Positions 57,816 to 64,000 of a stretch of DNA of 64,000 nt are shown piece after piece. Under the pieces are notes generated by a model. The model worked only from the letters and a program-made list of their open reading frames with translations. It did no database searches and was not told the DNA's origin. Position numbers and translations under genes: made by a program. Location: NCBI GenBank assembly GCA_964035575.1, contig OZ037833.1, positions 2,480,001-2,544,000 of the forward strand. The letters are read 5' to 3'. Numbering within the stretch: the stretch's first letter is position 1; each line of letters begins with the position of its first letter. The stretch comes from Rhynchopus sp. YZ270_cl-10 (taxonomy: Eukaryota).

Positions 57816-59115
57816 ATGCACAATACGGAGTCCTGTAATGTTTTATCCTTGTCTTCTCTTTGAAAGATGTGTGTGGTGATGCATGCATTTTTTTCTATTT
57901 TAATTGTCTTCAATTTCAGAATAATTTGCCTTCAATTTGGCGAATCCTCCAAAACCCCTGATAATATAGCAAATTGATATATTGCGTTTCTTCATTATGT
58001 TTGTGCGTGTTTTACGTTTTACGTTTTACTTTTTACTTTTTCCTTTGAAATATGTGATATGATTTGATTGTATGGTCTATTCACTTCATAGTATTATTGC
58101 CAGTGTCTGCGTCCCAGAGGCGTTTGCTACGATGAACTTATCTTTTCTTTTCTTTTCTTTTCTTGCTTTTTCCTTTTATTTCGTCCACAAGCCGTAGGCC
58201 ACTTTCCACCTTCCCGTGTTCAGCCATTCTCCCAGCCTTGCTTGAAGGTTCCTTTGGTCGTACACCGTGAAGAACACTGCGTCACATACTGTGGTGTCTC
58301 ACGCCATGTGCGGTAGCATTGGCACCCTGGCAGAGCGGGGCAGATTCTGAATGGGAAGTGTGCACAAGACAGCTGTCGGTTTGTTGGTTTGGGTGGGGCT
58401 GTGCAAAGGTCTCCCTTTTTTTTGAGGTAGCTTTGCACACCTTTCATGCTTCGACCACGAAACATTAAGGTGTTTGTCATTGTTGTTTGCTTGCTTGCTT
58501 GTTGCATGTACGTGAGCGAGTGAGTGATCGACGCGCAGTCAAAGATCAATAGCTGTGTTCGTTGACACCTATGATTTTCTTCTATTTTATCTAAATCCCT
58601 TTACCCCACATGGACATTTCTACAAATTCAATCATGTGAAGTGCGGCATGCATGGGTGTCTTTTATGTCTACAGAAGCATTTGCCACTCGCCCAACTTCA
58701 TCCTTTTCCATGACCACCCTCCCAAAGAAAAGCGAAAACAAAACACACCTTTATTCTGGTGTGTTTCTGAAGAACTTTCCTTTTGTTCTTCGCACAATCC
58801 ATTCTTTAAACACCGTCGGGGTGGATGGGCGGCAACGGTACTTAACCTGTATCCGTTGAGCACGCTCATTTCGTTCAGGTGGCTAACCTTTCATTTTGAA
58901 GCAACGGGGTGTCTCTCTCTGTCCTCCCTTTCATCCAAAGACAGAAAGCGTCACCCCTTGCCTCCCTACTACAATACAGACCAAGACTCCCCTTTTCTAC
59001 ATTACTTTTCAACCCCACCCTTTTGTGCAGTACATAGCTTTGTATGTGTCCTGCATCTTCTCCTCTCCCTTCCACCCTTCCCAACAGATAACCCTGACTA
59101 TATTTTGCAGACACA

Positions 59116-62100
59116 ATGCTGCGGTGTGTTGCGCTTGTGGCGGTGCTCAGTCTCGGACACGTGGCTGGAGATGCCAACACTGCATCTCAGTCTCAGCACC
59201 CAGCAAAGGTGTCTCGTGAGTTCGTCAGTGCAGAGAAGAACATCACGAACGAACACACACAGGCACATTCTTCGGAGAAGTTCGTCAGCGAAGAGAAGTT
59301 GTCTGAGGCAAAGGTGTCGCAGGAATACTCTGAGCAGAAGAACGTGACCGCGGAGCTCTCGGAGGAGAAGGTTTCAGTGGAGCAGTCTGAGCCCAAGTAC
59401 ATCAGCGAGGAGAAGAACGCAACAAGGGCAGTGTCTGAGGCAAAGCTTTCGGAGGAGCACTCAGAGGCCAGAGTCAGTGCAGAGGAGATCGTCACAACCG
59501 AACTGTCGCAGGCAAAGGTTTCGGAGGAGCAGTCTGAGTCCAAGTACGTGAGTGAGGAGAAGAGCATGACCGGCGAACTGTCTGAGGCAAAGGTTTCGGA
59601 GCAGAAGTCTGGGGAGAAGTCTGTCACTGCAGGGAAGACCGCCACCAGAGAACTGTCGCAGGCAAAGCTTTCTGAGGAGCAGTCTGAACCAATTGTGAGT
59701 GAGGAGAAGGCGGTGACGCAGGGTCTCTCACTGGAAAAAGTGACTGAGGAACACTCTGAGCCAAAGTCCACCAGCGAGGAGAAGAACGTGACCGCGGCAC
59801 TGTCTGAGGAACATGTTTCGGAGGAGGTGTCGGAGCCGAAGTACACCAGCGAGGAGAAGAACATCACCAGCGAGCTTTCGCAGACACGTGCGTCTGAGGA
59901 GCAGTCTGAACCCAAGGTCACGAACGAGCAGTCTGAGCCGAAGTACGTGAGTGAGGAGAAGAACGCGACAGATGAGGTGTCTGAGGCAAAGGTTTCGCAG
60001 GAGCAGACACAGTCTCAGCAGAAGCTCAGCAGCGAAGAGAAGAATGTTGCGGCCGAGCTGTCTGAGGCAAAGGTCACTGAGGAGCAGTCTGAGCCAAAGT
60101 ACATCAGTGAAGAAAAGAACGTGACCACGGCACTGTCTGAGGAACATGTTTCGGAAGAGCAGTCTGAGCCGAAGTACACCAGTGAGGAGAAATACATCAC
60201 CAGCGAGCTTTCGCAGGCACGTGAGTCTGAGGAGCAGTCTGAGCCGAAGTACTGGAGCGAGGAGAAGAACGCGACAGAGGAGGTGTCGGAGGCGAAGTAC
60301 ACGAGTGAGGAGAAGGGCATCACCAGCGAGCTTTCGCAGGAACGTGCGTCTGAGGAGCAGTCTGAGCCGAAGGTCACGAACGAGCTTTCGCAGGCAAAGG
60401 TGACTGAGGAGCAGTCTGAACCTATTGTGAGTGAGGAGAAGGCGGTGACGCAGGAGCTCTCACAGGAAAAAGTGACTGAGGAACACTCCGAGCTGAAGTA
60501 CACCAGTGAGGAGAAGAACGTGACTGCGGCACTGTCTGAGGAACATGTTTCGGAGGAGCAGTCTGAGCCGAAGTACACGAGTGAGGAGAAATACATCACC
60601 AGCGAGCTTTCGCAGACACGTGCGTCTGAGGAGCAGTCTGAGCCCAAGATTGTGAGTGAGGAGAAGAACATGACCGGCGAACTGTCTGAGGCAAAGGTTT
60701 CGGAGCAGAAGTCTGGGGAGAAGTCTGTCACTGCAGGGAAGACCGCCACCAGAGAACTGTCGCAGGCAAAGCTTTCTGAGGAGCAGTCTGAACCAATTGT
60801 GAGTGAGGAGAAGGCAGTGACGCAGGGTCTCTCACTGGAAAAAGTGACTGAGGAACACTCTGAACCCAAGTACACCAGCGAGGAGAAGAACGTAACCAGC
60901 GAACTGTCTGAGGCAAAGGTTTCGGAGCCTAAGTCTGGAGAGAAGTCTGCTACCGGAGAAGTGTCTGAGGCAAAGGTGACTGAGGAGCAGTCTGAAGCGA
61001 AGGTCACGCACGAGCTTTCGCAGGCAAAAGTGACTGAGGAACACTCCGAGCTGAAGTACACCAGCGAGGAGAAGAACGCGACCATGGCACTGTCTGAGGA
61101 TCATGTTTCAGATGAGGTGTCGGAGGCAAAGTACACCAGTGAGGAGAAGAACATCACCAGCGAGCTTTCGCAGGCACGTGCGTCTGAGGAGCAGTCTGAG
61201 ACGAAGTACACGAGTGAGGAGAAGGGCATCACCAGCGAGCTTTCGCAGGAACGTGCGTCTGAGGAGCAGTCTGAGCCGAAGGTCACGAGCGAGCTTTCGC
61301 AGGCAAAGGTGACTGAGGAGCAGTCTGAGCCGAAGTACGTGAGTGAGGAGAAGAACGCGACAGAGGAAGTGTCTGAGGCAAAGGTTTCGGAGGAGCAGAC
61401 ACAGTCTCAGCAGCAGCTCAGCAGCGAAGAGAAGAATGTTGCGGCCGAGCTGTCTGAGGCGAAGTACACCAGCGAGGACAAGGACGCAACAATGGCAGTG
61501 TCTGAGGCAAAGGTTTCGGAGGAGGTGTCTGAGCTGAAAGCCATCAGCGGAGAGAAGAACGCAACTACTGAACTGTCTGAGTCGAAGGTTACGGAAGAGG
61601 TGTCTGACGAGGAGAAGGACGTGACGACGGCACAGTCGGAGGAAAAGCTTGCGGAAGAGGCGTCTGAGCCGACGTACGTCAGCGAATCGAAGAACATCAC
61701 GAAGGAACTGTCGCAGGCACAGGTGACAGAAGAGCAGTCTGAGTCGAAGATCACGAACGAGCTCTCTGAGGCAAAGTATACGGAGGAGCAGTCTGAGGTG
61801 AAGGGCATCAGCGATGAGGAGAAGCACACGACCACATCTGAGCAATCGGAATCCGTGTCTGAGGTGAAGGCGACGTCGCTTTGCACCGGACGTGTGGGGA
61901 CCTGGGACGAGGAGGTTGCGACGTACTGCTGCTTGGAGGAGGGTCTGGGCTGTGCCGCAGTGCCGTCCTTTTCGTGCAAACACGCGGATGTGGCCGAGAC
62001 TGCAGAGTGGAGTGAGGAGAGACGTGAGTTCTGCTGCGAGACTGGCGTTGTGTGTGGCGATGATGCCTTTGACTGCACGTGGAATGCACAGACTGCGGAG

Positions 62101-63219
62101 CCGTGGGGCAGGGCGCACGTTGCATGGTGCTGCGAGAACAAGGGTGTGCGGTGCGCTGACATGCAGGCCTCGGTGCAGGAGGACCGCTGCCTTGCCCTTG
62201 AGGAAACAGCGTCATCTGCTGCGTCTGTGCCTGCGTTGGCTGAGTGCTGTGCGGACTACGGCATTGGCTGCAGTGCACGCTTCGACTGCTTCGACGGGAC
62301 GAACGTGACGCAGTGGGAGGCGACGAAGCGCACGTGGTGCTGCCGTGAGAAGGACGTTGCGTGCAGTGTGCGGTGCAGCGCAAAGGCAGCCCTGAGCCCT
62401 GCGGCAGTGGACTACTGCTGCGCCACGAAGGGTGTGTCGTGCTCTGCTCAGTGGGTTGAGGAGCAGCGCATCCTTGACGACGATGCCGAGGACACAGAGA
62501 CCGCTGCAGGCACGGTGCTTGAGGAGCTCCGCCTCAAGGTGGAGGGCTTCAGTGCAGAGGACGTGCTGCAGGATCCGAAGAAGACGCTTGCGAAGGTGCG
62601 CCAGGCGCTGCTCCGCCTCTCCCCGACACTCCGCTCCGAAAACCTTCTTGTCCGCCAGATCGGTGCTCTGATGGCCAACGCGACTGTGCCGCCTGCTGAC
62701 AAGTGGGACTCCTGGGCGAGGGAGGTTCTGCGCACGTGGAACGCAGAGTGCCTTCCCGACGAGGAGGAGGAGAACGTGAATGTGAACGTGACGGTTGTGT
62801 CGCGTGCTGCAAGCACCCTTGGAGCCAGCGGCAGCGGCAACGGCGCGTGGGTGGACTTTGCACTGAAGGGTGCCTCGGCCGAGGAGGTGGACCGTGTGCA
62901 CGGCGAGATGGGGGCCGCAGTGGCGAAGCAGGGAGCCTCAGGGAGCCTGCGCCCTATTGGTGGGTTGGAGGTGCGTGCTGCAGAGGGTGGCTTGTCTGCG
63001 GAGTCTGGGTCTGGGTCTGATGGCGAGTCTGTGCCTGCATGGCTGATCCCACTCGCAGCAGGTGTGCTGTCCTTGTGTCTTGGTGGTGCTGTGGTGGCTC
63101 TTTTCATGAAGAAGAATGGCAAACGTGAGTGCACAGCAGATGAGACCAACGCTGTGTCAGCAAGCCTCATCGGAGACGAGCTCAAACCCGTTGAATGTCC
63201 AGAGGTGTCCGAGGTGTAG
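59116..63219 (+). CDS. Same surface protein, array copy 4 (1367 aa)
   Basis: Translation appears identical to copies 2 and 3; offset 5404 bp. Confidence 0.88.
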   Translation: MLRCVALVAVLSLGHVAGDANTASQSQHPAKVSREFVSAEKNITNEHTQAHSSEKFVSEEKLSEAKVSQEYSEQKNVTAELSEEKVSVEQSEPKYISEEKNATRAVSEAKLSEEHSEARVSAEEIVTTELSQAKVSEEQSESKYVSEEKSMTGELSEAKVSEQKSGEKSVTAGKTATRELSQAKLSEEQSEPIVSEEKAVTQGLSLEKVTEEHSEPKSTSEEKNVTAALSEEHVSEEVSEPKYTSEEKNITSELSQTRASEEQSEPKVTNEQSEPKYVSEEKNATDEVSEAKVSQEQTQSQQKLSSEEKNVAAELSEAKVTEEQSEPKYISEEKNVTTALSEEHVSEEQSEPKYTSEEKYITSELSQARESEEQSEPKYWSEEKNATEEVSEAKYTSEEKGITSELSQERASEEQSEPKVTNELSQAKVTEEQSEPIVSEEKAVTQELSQEKVTEEHSELKYTSEEKNVTAALSEEHVSEEQSEPKYTSEEKYITSELSQTRASEEQSEPKIVSEEKNMTGELSEAKVSEQKSGEKSVTAGKTATRELSQAKLSEEQSEPIVSEEKAVTQGLSLEKVTEEHSEPKYTSEEKNVTSELSEAKVSEPKSGEKSATGEVSEAKVTEEQSEAKVTHELSQAKVTEEHSELKYTSEEKNATMALSEDHVSDEVSEAKYTSEEKNITSELSQARASEEQSETKYTSEEKGITSELSQERASEEQSEPKVTSELSQAKVTEEQSEPKYVSEEKNATEEVSEAKVSEEQTQSQQQLSSEEKNVAAELSEAKYTSEDKDATMAVSEAKVSEEVSELKAISGEKNATTELSESKVTEEVSDEEKDVTTAQSEEKLAEEASEPTYVSESKNITKELSQAQVTEEQSESKITNELSEAKYTEEQSEVKGISDEEKHTTTSEQSESVSEVKATSLCTGRVGTWDEEVATYCCLEEGLGCAAVPSFSCKHADVAETAEWSEERREFCCETGVVCGDDAFDCTWNAQTAEPWGRAHVAWCCENKGVRCADMQASVQEDRCLALEETASSAASVPALAECCADYGIGCSARFDCFDGTNVTQWEATKRTWCCREKDVACSVRCSAKAALSPAAVDYCCATKGVSCSAQWVEEQRILDDDAEDTETAAGTVLEELRLKVEGFSAEDVLQDPKKTLAKVRQALLRLSPTLRSENLLVRQIGALMANATVPPADKWDSWAREVLRTWNAECLPDEEEENVNVNVTVVSRAASTLGASGSGNGAWVDFALKGASAEEVDRVHGEMGAAVAKQGASGSLRPIGGLEVRAAEGGLSAESGSGSDGESVPAWLIPLAAGVLSLCLGGAVVALFMKKNGKRECTADETNAVSASLIGDELKPVECPEVSEV

Positions 63220-64000
63220 ATGCACAATACGGAGTCCTGTAATGTTTTATCCTTGTCTTCTCTTTGAAAGATGTGTGTGGTGATGCATGCATTTTTTTCT
63301 ATTTTAATTGTCTTCAATTTCAGAATAATTTGCCTTCAATTTGGCGAATCCTCCAAAACCCCTGATAATATAGCAAATTGATATATTGCGTTTCTTCATT
63401 ATGTTTGTGCGTGTTTTACGTTTTACGTTTTACTTTTTACTTTTTCCTTTGAAATATGTGATATGATTTGATTGTATGGTCTATTCACTTCATAGTATTA
63501 TTGCCAGTGTCTGCGTCCCAGAGGCGTTTGCCACGATGAACTTATCTTTTCTTTTCTTTTCTTTTCTTGCTTTTTCCTTTTATTTCGTCCACAAGCCGTA
63601 GGCCACTTTCCACCTTCCCGTGTTCAGCCATTCTCCCAGCCTTGCTTGAAGGTTCCTTTGGTCGTACACCGTGAAGAACACTGCGTCACATACTGTGGTG
63701 TCTCACGCCATGTGCGGTAGCATTGGCACCCTGGCAGAGCGGGGCAGATTCTGAATGGGAAGTGTGCACAAGACAGCTGTCGGTTTGTTGGTTTGGGTGG
63801 GGCTGTGCAAAGGTCTCCCTTTTTTTTGAGGTAGCTTTGCACACCTTTCATGCTTCGACCACGAAACATTAAGGTGTTTGTCATTGTTGTTTGCTTGCTT
63901 GCTTGTTGCATGTACGTGAGCGAGTGAGTGATCGACGCGCAGTCAAAGATCAATAGCTGTGTTCGTTGACACCTATGATTTTCTTCTATTTTATCTAAAT

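Larger units (their letters stand above)
43408..64000 (+). repeat. Tandem gene array, 5404-bp unit, running off the window end
   Basis: ORF starts at 48308, 53712 and 59116 are 5404 bp apart and the intergenic DNA is repeated. Similarity begins near 43408 (cccacccttttgcacagtacatagc). Confidence 0.97.

Overview
Eukaryotic nuclear DNA from a flagellated protist. The features point to a euglenozoan, most plausibly a diplonemid (inference): every credible gene is on the + strand, introns are few and short (GTATGY...CAG), and pyrimidine tract + AG sites sit just upstream of many ATGs. Gene order: partial PUS3-type pseudouridine synthase; TPGS1/CSTPP1-like protein; N-acylated septin/AIG1-like GTPase; two tandem secreted mucin-like paralogs; PITP (2 introns); ubiquitin-like/DUF4116 protein; large membrane-anchored protein with a possible six-hairpin glycosidase-like half (1 intron); single-headed inner-arm dynein heavy chain (1 intron); secreted animal-type transglutaminase; Cox17 (1 intron); SAM/EF-hand protein ending in a dynein AAA6-like domain; and four copies (5404-bp unit) of a Glu/Ser/Lys-rich, Cys-repeat type I membrane protein. 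The most interesting unexplained signals are (i) at least three families of dispersed intergenic elements, all in the sense orientation, that keep base-pairing despite sequence change, (ii) a free-standing dynein AAA6-like domain fused to SAM and EF-hands, (iii) an apparent tail/motor chimeric dynein, and (iv) a secreted transglutaminase near candidate surface substrates. All homology and folding calls were made by eye; no searches were run.
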